64,000 nt of DNA from Octopus sinensis (GCF_006345805.1 NC_043007.1:58404001-58468000); one strand, 5' to 3'. Positions 41,070-54,222 are shown, counted from the stretch's first letter. A program made the numbers and translations. The notes: generated by a model from the letters alone, not told the origin.

Positions 41070-41132
41070 AGATAACTGAAGAGATGGTGTTGTGGATTTC
41101 CACTTCGGCATCTGAAACTCAGAGTTTTATCT
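41070..41132 (+). ncRNA. Type I hammerhead-like motif in the 3' pLTR, core CTGAAGA intact
   Basis: Same fold as 38898-38960 with canonical CUGANGA. It has an extra U before GAAA and a GUU cleavage triplet. Confidence 0.7.
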
Positions 41133-41653
41133 TGACTACCGAGTAATGTAACATATTATTGTATATATATATATATATTTGCTTTGCGGGAAGGACTGTT
41201 TCAACGAAGTCGCGTATTGTCCTTACCTTCGAAAAAGCAGAGTAGATGAAACAGGGCCAACTGTAGAAGGGGAATATTCTTTATGTTGCATGTCTCGTTT
41301 CTCTGTCTTTTTCGTTGTTCGAAAAAAAGTTCGTTTTCTATGTTTTTGTTTTTATGTTTTCGTTTCTCATTGTGTTCAACGTTATTTTTTGATGTTCTGC
41401 ACCCATATATGCATGTATATATATATATGTAGGTAGTGTATATATGTATGTATATATTATTTATATTTTTTATATATATATATTTATATATATAAAATAG
41501 AAAAGAACACCTTTTATCTATTCAAAATGAACAATTAAATTACACCGTCTAGAAAATTACTAATAATAGAAATATTAAATATAAAGTAACAATAATATAC
41601 CGATGATTAAGTAATGTGCAAAATAATAAATAAAACGTATATATTTGGTAGAA

Positions 41654-41755
41654 TAACGACACGTGTTTCGTGGCTATATTTAAGAAATGATTATAGTAAT
41701 AAATTAGTAGTATTAGTAAAATCACTTCGATATAAATATAGCTATCCTCAGGTTA
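41654..41755 (-). ncRNA. Type I hammerhead-like motif with long stem II
   Basis: Minus strand: TAAC / CTGAGGA / TAGCTATATTT..AAATATAGCCAC / GAAAC-ACGT-GTC / GTTA. Palindromic helix III and GUC triplet; the base of stem II is mispaired. Confidence 0.55.
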
Positions 41756-42973
41756 AAAATAAACTAAAATATTAAAATAATTAATTAATAAATATGCGTA
41801 AATAATCTTTTAAAATATAAATATATTCTTTAACATATATATATGAGTTACTAAATATACATTTAGTGAAAACTAAATGCAATACTTTAAATTATATACA
41901 TTAAATCAGATTATTAATTAACATATTTATTTGATAAACATCCAAATACAGTCTAATACCCGTTAAGCAATTAATACTAAAACCTTAAAATTAATTAATA
42001 TACACAATGCTAGTACAAGCCATTAATACTGGAATCTAAATAAGAAATGGTTCAAATATAGACACACTCATTAACTAAACTAACTATATAATTAATATAT
42101 ATGTGTAGTTTCTATAGATTTAATATATCACTCAATAATATAGTTGACCAAAATATCAATTAATATAAAACCTAAGCTACTTAAATTTAATACTACTTAA
42201 TAAATATACCACCTAATTATTCAATAATATATTGTCTAACAAAATTAATTCTCAAATTAAACTAAGTGTAATACGTTAGATCCCTTTATAAAAATAATAA
42301 TAAATTATTCTAGATAAATAGATATAATAATTAATAACTATCATAACTTATAGCTATCAATATATATATAAATGATATAATGGTGAAAACTATTTACTAA
42401 TGAAAAGTAAGAAAAACATCTAAGCCCCATAAATTAAAGATAGGTGCAAAAACATATTAGAACAAATGAACAATACATTATGAAGACATTCAACTACATC
42501 CGACGATGATACAATGGAATTTCTCCCCACCGTGGGGCTCAACAGCGCAACTCAGTCAATGTTGTTGACAGTGTTTTAGTCAAATCTACGGCTTTAAAAG
42601 TTGCTCAAAGTTACTTCTCTTTGGTGTTTCCCATTGAGGAAGACTAAGATCCAGAAAGCGTCCGTCTGGAAATCTGACAGAGGGCAGTACTGGGCAGATA
42701 CAGGGTTTTTACACTTTTTACCACAAGAGACAATTGTTTTCTCTAGTTACTGCAATGAATTTGCCACTAGATGTTGAAATACGTCACAAACATTTTAACT
42801 AACTTAAAGTTTGCGTATGCCTAATCACTGTTTGTGGATGCTGATACTGATGACTGTAATTATACATACATACATACACACACACACCACACACACACAC
42901 ACACATATATATAATATATATATATATAATATATATATATATGCATGTGTGTATATATATATATATATATATA

Positions 42974-43375
42974 TTCTCTTTACTCTTTACCCTTTTACTT
43001 GTTTCAGTCATTTGACTGCGGCCATGCTAGAGCACCGCTTTTAGTCGAGCAACTCGACCCCGGGACTTATTCTTTTTGTAAGCCCAGTACTTATTCTATC
43101 GGTCTCTTTTTGCCGAACCGCTAAGTGACGGGAACGTAAACACACCAGCATCGGTTGTCAAGCAATGCTAGGGGAACAAACACAGACACACGAACACACA
43201 CACATATATACATATATACGACGGGCTTCTTTCAGTTTCCGTCCACCAAATCCACTCACAAGTCATTAGTCGGCCCGGGGCTATAGCAGAAGAAACTTGC
43301 CCAAGATGCCACGCCGTGGGACTGAACCCGGAACCATGTGGTTGGTTAGCAAGCTACTTACCATACAGCCACTCC
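42974..43375 (-). mobile_element. SINE family A, full length
   Basis: Reverse complement of 27022-27455. Confidence 0.92.
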
Positions 43376-43765
43376 ATACATATATATATGTATATATATA
43401 AAAACAAAATCGAACACACAAACACAAGGTATGTGTGTTGTTATTTTGTGAGTAGGCTGCGGTTTTTAGATCTAGGAGAATATATTCTTTATGCGCCTGG
43501 TATAAAAAAAAAGAACACCTGTAAGTAATTCACAGTGAAGCGAGGCGACTCACATCAGGTGCTTACTCGGAGCGACAGACATCGATGTTTCGTCGTTGTT
43601 TTGACTTATCAAAGCTGCATACCGAACAAGGCCCACTGTAAGCCATATCAGCAACTATAACTATATGTTAAATGGTTTAGACGCCATCTGCTGGCATGTC
43701 CCAACGTTTCATGCCACGGAAAAAGTTCATATACATGTATGTGTGTGTGTGTGTGTGTGTGTATA

Positions 43766-44255
43766 CAGGGTGCGGTGAATAAACTGTCGTCTAAATTACG
43801 CATAGATAAAAATAACACTGACATCTCATTTTAACGGATATATTTATCAAGATTACATAAAAGTATCTTGAAATACTAAAGAGCAAATTTATTCAATGAA
43901 ATCGCCATTGGCTTCAACCATGGCCTCTAGTCGACTACGGAATTTCCTGCAACTATTCTGGACGATTTCCTCGTTTAAGTTAGTGAATGTTGCCATAGTG
44001 CTTGCCTTCAGTTATTCTTTGATGTTACAAGGAATTTTGTTGGTCTCTCGCTCAACTGCACCTCATACATAATAATCAAGGGACTTGCGGTCTGAAGAAT
44101 TAGGTGACCAGATGTTAGGGGTGATGTGGTCGCAGAAATTGTCTGACAGCCATGACTGGGTTCTCCTGCTTGTGTGACATGGTGCAGAGTCCTGTTGCCA
44201 CACATGGAGCAACAGCTACCCTCTTTCAACAGCCACCCTCTTCACCCAGGTCACT
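43766..44255 (-). mobile_element. Tc1/mariner DD37D (maT) transposon 3' fragment with terminal repeat
   Basis: Minus strand: VWQQDSAPCHTSRRTQSWLSDNFCDHITPNIWSPNSSDRKSLDYYV*GAVERETNK..RLEAMVEANGDFIE* (stop 43889-43891). There are 37 residues between the D of QQD and the D of SLD. The end is TA|CAGGGTG at 43764-43772. Confidence 0.9.
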
Positions 44256-44979
44256 TGATGTAGGTGAGTGTGTATGTCTTTGTGGCTGTGCTTGTTTCCC
44301 ACCACCGTCTCACAATTGGTGTCGGTGTGCTTATGCCCCCCCCCCACCGCTAATCAATTAGCAGTTCGGCAAAAGAGATACAATAGCGTAAGTACCAGGC
44401 TTTAAGTTTCGTTCAACTAAAAATTCTTCAGGGTGGTGTTCAAATATGACACTAGTGTAATAAATGAAACTAGTAAAAGATAAAAGATACATATATATAC
44501 ACTATATATATATATATATATATATACATACTTATAGATGTATATATCTGAGCATATGTATGTATGCATGCTTGTATGTATGAATGGGTGTATGTATGTA
44601 TGTATGTATGTATGTATGTATGTATGTATGTATGTATGTATGTATGTATGTATGTATGCATGCATGCATGTATATGACAGGTCAGCCAGCAATGTAAATA
44701 AATAGAATGGACATGTCTAGCACGTCGATCGTGGAATGAAGATACGTCAGAGAAAGACAGCAGTTAAACACAAGAATAATAACACCTAAGATTCTGACAC
44801 GGAAAGTAGCAATTTATCATCATCATCATCATCAGCAGCAGCAGCAGCAGCAATGGGAGATACCACCATACCATCATTATCACCATCATCATCATCATCA
44901 CCATCATCACCATCATCACCATCATCATCATCATCATCGCCATCATCATCATCATCATAATCGTCATCATCATAATCAC

Positions 44980-45026
<47 letters not shown>

Positions 45027-45257
45027 CCACCACCACCACCATCATCACCACCATTATCGCGATCATCATTATCTACGCTATCATCATCAATATCATCATC
45101 AATATCATCATCATCATTATCACCACCACCACCACCAGCATTATCTCAATCATGATCAAATTCAACGCCATCATAATCATCTTCACAATCATCCTCATGA
45201 TCCTCATCGTCGTCATTAACCTCATCCCATCATCTTCATCGTTAGTCGTACAGGTGG

Positions 45258-45301
<44 letters not shown>

Positions 45302-46290
45302 CAGCGGAAAACGTAGTTGTATTGATGTGTATGTGATAGTGGATATAATGATGATGCTGCGGTGGTGTGCTGGTGGTGATGATTGTGGTGGTGGTGAAGA
45401 TAATGGTGGTAGTTGTGTTAGTGGTGGTGGTAGTAGATGCGATTGTTGTTGTGGTGGTGGTGGTGGTGGTGTCGTCGTCGTCGTAGTGGTGATGGTGTTT
45501 TGGCGGTCATGGCAGAGTAATGATAGCGATGGTGGTAGTGGCGGTGGCGTTAGTTGCTGTTGTTGTTGTTGTGGTGGTGGTGGTGGTGATGGTTGAGATG
45601 CTGCTGCTGGTGCTGATGCTGCGGTGACAGCTGCAGTTAGTGGTGGTGGTGCTGATGATGGTTGTAGTAGTGTTTAATGGTGAGGGTGTACAATGGTGGT
45701 GGGGTAGTGGTGGTAGCGCTGTATACGTGAAAGGGTGTGCGTATGTGTTGATGGTCGAGTTAGAGTGGGTCGGTGTTGAAATCACATGTCTATTTTCACG
45801 TTAATCGGATAAAAACAATTTAACTGACCCTTGCCGCTCGCTGCACAAACCATCGAGCAGCGCCGCTAAGAAGATTGAGGAGTCGGTTAAGTGGCGATTG
45901 GGTGAGGGGACAGCTAGGTCGTGGGGCGAGACATGAAGACCGGGAGTGACACAGGGTAAGAGGATTAGGGAAGCGTAATGTGTGTATGATTGTGTGTGTG
46001 TAAGAGAGAGAGAGAGAAATGGTGGGAGGGAGAGAAGGTGAGAGAGAGAGAGAGGGTGAGAATAGAAAGGGTGAGAGAGAGAGAGGGTGAGAGAGAGGGA
46101 CGGAGATGAATGGATTGAGTTATATGTGATGTAGTAAGCGAAATTGGGAGATAGATAGATAGATAGATACATACATACATACATACATACATACATACAT
46201 ACATACATACATACATAACATACATAGACGGATTGATAGGTAAACAGACAGACAGACAGGCAGACAGACAGACAGACAGATAGACAGACG

Positions 46291-46412
<122 letters not shown>

Positions 46413-46556
46413 ACGAGTGAGTGAGTGAGTGAGTGAGTGAGTGAGTGAGTGAGTGAGTGAATGAATTTTGATTGGATTTAAAATTTGGTTAACCAAGGAA
46501 ACTTTATACGCGAAACAGGATAGAATGATAGAGGGAAAACTGGTATAATGAAACAC

Positions 46557-46587
<31 letters not shown>

Positions 46588-47092
46588 TAACAGAGAGGAG
46601 AGAGGGAAAAGAGGTATAGAAATGTGATTGGATAAGGCGTGAAAGTTGAGCCGAACGTAACAGAGTCCATTATTAGGTGTGTAATGAAGTGTAGTGATGA
46701 GGTGAGGTTAGAGGTCATAATCTTGTTGAGGGTTAGTTGGAAATGAAGGAGGACGTAACAACAGACATTCTGTGTGCATATGTGTGAATATACGTGTGTG
46801 TGTGTGACTACTGTGTGAATGTACAAGTAATTCTGTGTATGTGTGTAAATTATGTATCTGAATATATGCGTGTTAAGGAGTAATTATGTGTGCGTGTGAA
46901 CCAATGTGTGTGTGTGTGAATACATGTGTGTGGGCGAATGTGTGTGTGTGAACGTGTACGGGAGTATAAGTCAGCATGCGTATAATAGCTACGTCACTCT
47001 AATTATGTGTGTATATATGAATGCGTGTAGGTGTATATGTCAGTGTGTGTAAGTGTGTAAGAGAATGAGTTTGCGACAGTGCAAATGTGCGT

Positions 47093-47138
<46 letters not shown>

Positions 47139-47235
47139 AAGACAGGCTGACAGAAATAATAATGTCAGGCATTAAAAAGTGATAAAGATTTTGTAGGGAT
47201 GACATGAGAATAAGAAGGCAGAGGGAAGAGTAGTA

Positions 47236-47295
<60 letters not shown>

Positions 47296-47899
47296 AAGAA
47301 GAAGAAGAAGAAGAAAAGAAGAAGAAGAAGAAGAAGAAGAAGAAGAAAAAAAAGAAAAAGAAGAAGAAGAATCAATTTGAGCGATAGATAAACCAAGATA
47401 CTGGATGAAAACAAATAGATATGAACGAAAGCTGAAATGGACGCAAAGAGGGGGGAGAAGAGAGAAAGAGTAGAGAGAGAAGGAGTGAGGGAGGATGAAG
47501 AAATGAAAAAATGAGACTGAAGAGAGAGGGGAATAAAGAAGGAAGGAAAGAAACAAAGAAAAGAAAGAAAAAGAAAGAACAAAAGTAGCTATATTACCTG
47601 ACACCGTAATCATATCAGAAGCAATCTCTAATACCCTCAATGCTATAAATAAAAACAACCTTGCTGATTCATTATTTTCCTTTTGCTCGCCTACAATATA
47701 GTGGGTTATTCTTGGAGATTTTAAGGTGGTAATAGGGACTTGAGCGTCTATTTCTTGCAGTGCGTGGTGAGGCGTAAAGCCGATCCCTTCTTATAATTAT
47801 GTATATAATTATAAAATATTTTGTAAAATTTACCTATGAGGTTATATTTCCCCACTGACCACCTGGTAAAATTATTATTGAATTTACACTTTTATCATT

Positions 47900-47919
47900 A
47901 TTATTATTATATTATTATT

Positions 47920-47954
<35 letters not shown>

Positions 47955-48021
47955 TATTATTATCATTATTATTATTATTATTATTATTGTTGTTGTTGTT
48001 GTTGTTTTTGTTGTTGTTGTT

Positions 48022-48069
<48 letters not shown>

Positions 48070-48785
48070 ATTATATATTCTTAAGTCCGTTGGTGCTTCT
48101 GAACGGCACATCGGGCAGTCATTGATCGCCAGTTATCTGTCTCTGGCCAGGTAATGTTCTGTCAGCTGTTTTAACAAGCCCCTCTGACAGTCTTAGAATG
48201 CCTCCAGCCATTTTCATTCGTCGTTCGGTTACAGTTGCATGCCCTACTCTTGCTGCATGGAGAACGGCTTCATTTGTCGCTCTGCTCGATAAGTGATTCT
48301 TAGGTTCTTTCTTGTATACCACTGATGAAATACATCGAGTTAGTGGGCAATTTTGCTGTCATCTTCCAGGTCTTAGCTGCATAGATCGTTATTAGTAGTA
48401 TTGCTGACGAATCTTCAGCTCTATACTCATGTTATTGCTACATCAAAGTGTTGTTAGTCTTTTAAATACTGCTACTCCCTTACCAATTCTGCAGCTTATA
48501 TCTATCTCTGCATCGCCGTTGCTTGTCACTATGCTTCCCAGAAATGTGAAGCTTGTAACTTCTTCAACTGGTTCTTGTCCAACTTTCACAGGTACACATT
48601 CTATTTGTTTCCCAACTTGCATTACCTTCGTTTTTTTGACCGACGATTCTCAACCCAGTCTTTGCCGCTTCCCTTTCCATTTTTGTTGTCATTTCCTGTA
48701 ACGTTAGGCGGTTTTCAGCCAACGGGGTAATGTCATCGGCAAAATCCAAGTCTGTTAGCCGGTCTCTTACCGTCCATTGTATGCC
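47900..48785 (-). mobile_element. RTE-clade LINE 3' fragment with (AAC/GAT/AAT)n tail
   Basis: GIQWT..LTDLDFADDI..LQEMT..EAAKTGLRI, then EEVTSFTFLGSIV. The 3' end ..GGACTTAAG is followed by a trinucleotide tail at about 47900-48072. Confidence 0.85.
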
Positions 48786-48792
48786 TACATGT

Positions 48793-48847
<55 letters not shown>

Positions 48848-48860
48848 CACGCACATGCAG

Positions 48861-48914
<54 letters not shown>

Positions 48915-50329
48915 ACATAAAGCACTCGACAACAAAGACAGGGTAAACGAGAAAGGAAATGAGAGTTCTGGACACTGGAAGTAGGGTGTCGAAATAAATT
49001 TATTTAAACTGAAACTATACATTTCACAACATTTGAGGTTCATATCCACGATCTTCTGAATGAAATTGAATAATAAAGCAGGAAATGGTTAGTAAGAATA
49101 TTCCAATAGCGAAAACAAAAAGAAAGCATTTGATTCGATATGTGATTAAAAGTAAAAGTCAAATATAAAAATGAGTGGATGCATAAAATTCAACTAAGAA
49201 CAAATAACGGTAAAATTACATCATGTTAATGGTAGATATTGAAAACCGTTCACAAAATATTATTCATGCTCAAATGCTACGAAATAAAGTAACGAAATGA
49301 GTAAATGAGAAAGTTGGTAACGTAATGGAATGAGAAAAGGCACAACGTTAACTCGCACAACACAGTCAACAATTTTCTCATTGTTCATAAAACAACCTAC
49401 AACGTGCCAAGCAGAAAACATTAAATACAAAGACATACATGAAACAAAGAATAAATTATTATCAGAAATACGGCAATGAAAATTCTCTGTGTATCGGTCT
49501 TTTGAAAATTACATAGTATATATTTTGCTTTATGAATACAATTGCAAAAGTTTGATTTCTTGAGTTCAAGCTATTCCTGTTCTATGATAATATTTTTTAA
49601 ATGTTTGTTACGCAAATGATGACAGCGAACTTCCAAATATAACATAAAAATTCATTCGAGAGTTCCTTGTCTCGGTTGAATAGCGAATGTATGAGAGTGT
49701 TGTAACTTACCCTAAAATATAACTTTTACCACCCCTATTTAAGGTTTAAGCTGAAAGTCATCGTTCAAATCTTCATTGGCACAGTATGCTAAATAACTGA
49801 TAAAGTAGTTTCCATTAATCAAGCAGGCAGATACTAGACTTCATACAATTATAAGTGTGTTGGGTGATGGTTTTACTATTGTTTGACAGATGTTTTACAT
49901 TAATGGATTTGCTAAAGCTGACGAAATTTTTGAAAGAAGTGTAAGATACAGTAACTGAATTTCTATTGAAGATTTGATGGTGCCTTTGTTCTCTATCAAA
50001 ATTTGAAGTCTAATTTAAGTAACTCTTTCATTGTGTTTATACATCAAGAATTCACGAAATTTGAAGTTGGTTAACAGAAGTATTAGAGGATCGGAAAAGA
50101 TGGCTTGCGACGACACTACTGCCAGGCTGTATCGGCTCAATTCAGGCTTTTCCCTTAGATAAAATATTGATGGTGAGGTGAGAGGAGACTTGCATTCATA
50201 GCCATCTGCTAGTCTTCCTTAAAAAATCTTATTCAGTCCGGCAAATAAATGTGTAGATGGAATCATACTTGTGTCTCTGTGTGTGTGTGTGTGTGGTGTG
50301 TGTGTGTGTGTTAGATAGTTAGATAAAAG

Positions 50330-50416
<87 letters not shown>

Positions 50417-50470
50417 ATAGATAATACATTACTTTATAATGTACCTGTGTTTGTAGACAGAGAGAGAAAA

Positions 50471-50982
50471 TCTATATATATAGAACTGTAGTTGTGTGAG
50501 TGTCTGTCCCCTTCGATTTAGATTCCTAACTACTCCCACATTTTGCGATGCAGTTTAACCAAATTCGGGTATCTTATAGTCGTGATTCATATCGAGCCCG
50601 TCTAAGTATTAGCGCGCGTCTACGATGAGTCTACGATTTTAAAAATAATTTAACATCATTTTTTATTCCATTTTAATGCATAATTTTTCGTGTGTCGATG
50701 GCGGCGGAGTTGGCGTCCATGGTCACACCTGCACCTGTTTGCTTCTCCCCTTTCTTCCCTCCCTCGTGAAGCTGTGGGGAGGGAGTGTAAGGAAATCAAC
50801 GTCGTAAAGCGTTGTCAAGGAGACCAGCGTTCTTTTAGAACAACGACTTGATGGCTTGAAGACACCAAAACAGAAATGGCTAAGAAAGCCCGAATTGGCA
50901 TCTATAAGGGAAGTAACTCTCTAAAAATGCTTATATAGTTATTTTCCTTACAAACCCGAGCAACGCCGGGCGATACTGCTAG
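50471..50982 (+). mobile_element. Non-autonomous Helitron, 512 bp
   Basis: Starts A|TCTATATATAT. Subterminal hairpin CCCGAGCAACGCCGGG at 50955-50970. Ends CTAG|T, with no TSD. Confidence 0.85.
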
Positions 50983-51527
50983 TGGTTGATATAATGCGTA
51001 AATGAAAATAACACAGAGGCTGACGTAAAGGAGAGACAGACAGACAACAGGAATCATGAGATACAGACTGACAATTAGTTACAAATGGACAAAACTAAAC
51101 AGATATAAAGAGGAGGAGGTGGAGAAGGAAGAGAAAAGGGGGAAAACAGGAAGAGGCGAAGGAGGAAAAGTTCAAAGGATTATAAGAATGCCTGAATGAA
51201 ATGTGAAGATTAGAACGAAATATATACGTATCAGAAATCAAACAAAAAATACAACTTGTGGGCACCGTCTTGTAATTGTTAAAAAATTATGCTTGTTATT
51301 ATGGATGTCGTTGTTGTTGCTGTTACTGTTGCAGGTGGTGGTGGTGGTGGTGGTCATATCGATAATATAATTTTTCACTCATATACGTACATGAGCGCTC
51401 ACACTCATACACACATACATGCTAACACATATGTATTAGACAAGCAGACAGACTGACAGAAGGACGGATGGACAGACGGACTGTCGGACAGACAGACAGA
51501 GTGACTGACAGACAGACAGGCAGACAA

Positions 51528-51589
<62 letters not shown>

Positions 51590-51653
51590 GGTAACAAAGT
51601 GTTCTTGTTTACATTTGCATTCCTGTTTCTAACTAAATCAAATATTCCTCTAA

Positions 51654-51733
<80 letters not shown>

Positions 51734-51805
51734 TTTTCCTTTTCACTTTATTTCCGTCTTTCTCTCTTGTTATACGTTAGTTGTTATTCTTATTACTGTT
51801 GAGTT

Positions 51806-51869
<64 letters not shown>

Positions 51870-51950
51870 ATGGTGATGAAGAAGAAAGAAAGAAGTAACT
51901 TATGGTTCTTACTATCTAGTATATATGTGTACGTGTGCGCGTGCATATAC

Positions 51951-52042
<92 letters not shown>

Positions 52043-52476
52043 ATATTAAAAGGTGAAAAATCTTACCATTAAAGGCAAATTCGAAAAGGCAAGGAACGAA
52101 TGAAGTGGCTGATGCCAAAACGGGATGATATCTCACCAACTTGAAAGAACATGTTGTTGGAAACGACCAATAAGATGGCGAAGAAGCATCGAAATTCTTC
52201 ATTATTCCGCTTGAAAAATTTACATGAGGGAATCTTTGAGAGACGCTACAGTAATTTGTCAAGGCCCAATAAGCGTAAAAGAGCGCTGCAACCTTTTACC
52301 GTTGTTTGCATCTTTGATTTCAACAACAATCGGATCTCTGTACACACTCACATATGTGTATGTGCGTGTTCGTGTGTGTGCGTGTGTGTGTATGTGTGTG
52401 TGCCTTTTACTCTTTCACACAATCTGATATTTCGCTATATTTTCTAGTTATCCTTTTATTAAGTCCTTTTTAATTT

Positions 52477-52576
52477 NNNNNNNNNNNNNNNNNNNNNNNN
52501 NNNNNNNNNNNNNNNNNNNNNNNNNNNNNNNNNNNNNNNNNNNNNNNNNNNNNNNNNNNNNNNNNNNNNNNNNNNN
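52477..52576. other. Assembly gap (100 N)
   Basis: Exactly 100 N, typical of an unsized scaffold join. Confidence 0.99.
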
Positions 52577-52716
52577 ATGAGAAGATTGCATAATGCCCTT
52601 TATTCCTTTGGAATGAAAACATGCTGTCTTCGAACATGTGTCGAGAGTAAAGGAATTTTGTTAACATCTTCGTCTACTCCATTCTTTCATTTATTCAATA
52701 ATAGATATATTAATAT

Positions 52717-52762
<46 letters not shown>

Positions 52763-52942
52763 CTATATATATATACATGCATATATAATTTATATATATT
52801 ATATATATATATACTAAGTACATGGATGATACTCCCACTATAACATTCCTTATCAGATATAGGAAAACAGTTGAGCCATTGATAAAGACACTGCAAGTCA
52901 GATTTACAGTTTTTGCCTCTTTCACAACCATACAGGAATACT

Positions 52943-53310
52943 TACTTGTTTCAGTCGTTAGACTGCAGCCATCCTGGGATACAGACTTGAGAAATTTTAG
53001 TCGAACAATCAACTCCAGTTACTCTCCTTTCTTGATCCTGACATTAATTCTATCGTTCTTTTTTGCCGAACCGCTAAGTTACGGAGACGAAAAACACACC
53101 AACACCTGTCAGTTGTCAAGCGGTCGTGAGGACAAACACTCACACGCATAAATATATATTATACGACGGTTTTTTTTTTCAGTTTCCATCTACGAAATTC
53201 GCTCACAAGGCTTTGGTCAAGTAAAAGACACTTGCCCAAAGTGCACATGGTGGAACTGAACCTGGAACCATGTGGTTAGGAAAACTTCTTACCACAGAGC
53301 TACACCTGGT
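52943..53310 (-). mobile_element. SINE family A, degenerate
   Basis: TTACTTGTTTCAGTC..CCGAACCGCTAAGTTAC..GGAACCATGTGGTT. Confidence 0.8.
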
Positions 53311-53895
53311 TCAGTATTTTTGATGTCTCAACACATAATCAGTAAATCTCATGTCCCACCGATAACGATATCGGTGTGCAGACAATGCGGGTTCATATTC
53401 AAATTAACAACGTCCCTTTCAACAGAAGTGACGCTCTATCTTCTGACACCTGTATAACGCTGTAACTTTCGCTTCTTCTCTATCTTATAGATTTGATTCT
53501 ACGACTGAAAATTGGACACGCGAAGCATACAATAAAGCCTTCCACTCCCTCGTAAAAAAAATATATATTTCCCTGGTGGTTCAAAAATGATGGGCTGTAA
53601 AAAATAAGACAAAAGTGAACTAGAGCTGCATACAAAACATTGTTAACATCATTTCAAACGTATCCCGTATCAGCTTCCTTCTCCACTTACACAAATACCA
53701 TTAGACTTCTATTAATTCACTGTTTCTCCCATCCTTCTTATGATTTATATAATATTCAAGGAAATTCAGTCTCTCGTTTTTTACTTATTCTTCTACATTT
53801 ACCCCTCCCTCACTCCACATTTCTTTCTCTATATATTTCTTTCTCTTTCACCGGTCCCTCATAAAGTACACACCTACATATATACATACATATAC

Positions 53896-53934
<39 letters not shown>

Positions 53935-54028
53935 AAGCGCTGCTTTTATATCATATTTGAATATATGCGTGTATATATATGTGTATATATATATGTGTGT
54001 GTGTGTATGTATCTGTATGTATATGCAT

Positions 54029-54062
<34 letters not shown>

Positions 54063-54188
54063 GACATACATATATACATGCATATATTTATATACATACA
54101 CACCACTTTATCTCTCTCTCCCTATCTCTCTCTTCTAACTTTTCAATATTTCCACACTTTGCTATTATGAACTCTAAAATTTCTTTCT

Positions 54189-54222
<34 letters not shown>

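Larger units (their letters stand above)
38807..41163 (+). mobile_element. Penelope-like element (probably Hydra-type clade): pLTR, RT/GIY-YIG ORF, partial pLTR; pseudogenised
   Basis: Direct terminal repeats at about 38806-39002 and 40967-41163. ORF from 39168 (YSVKNIPIPS..IKRMRWK), RT MGSYDG/YKDD, EN KYVGLTEGNFKARFNNH..CGLCDMERWLI..CPH, stop near 40865. It has frameshifts, a stop near 40678 and two internal deletions, and ends in (TA)n. Clade assignment is from recalled motifs. Confidence 0.92.

Noticed and set aside
41490-42480. Possible mitochondrial insertion (very AT-rich, strand-biased)
   Set aside because: No mitochondrial gene, tRNA or rRNA motif recognised. A hammerhead-like motif and (TA)n end favour a PLE terminus. 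BLASTN to the mitogenome would settle it.
52577-52843. ORF starting right after the N gap
   Set aside because: The start abuts the gap and the C-terminal half is (TA)n. Contiguity across the gap is unknown.
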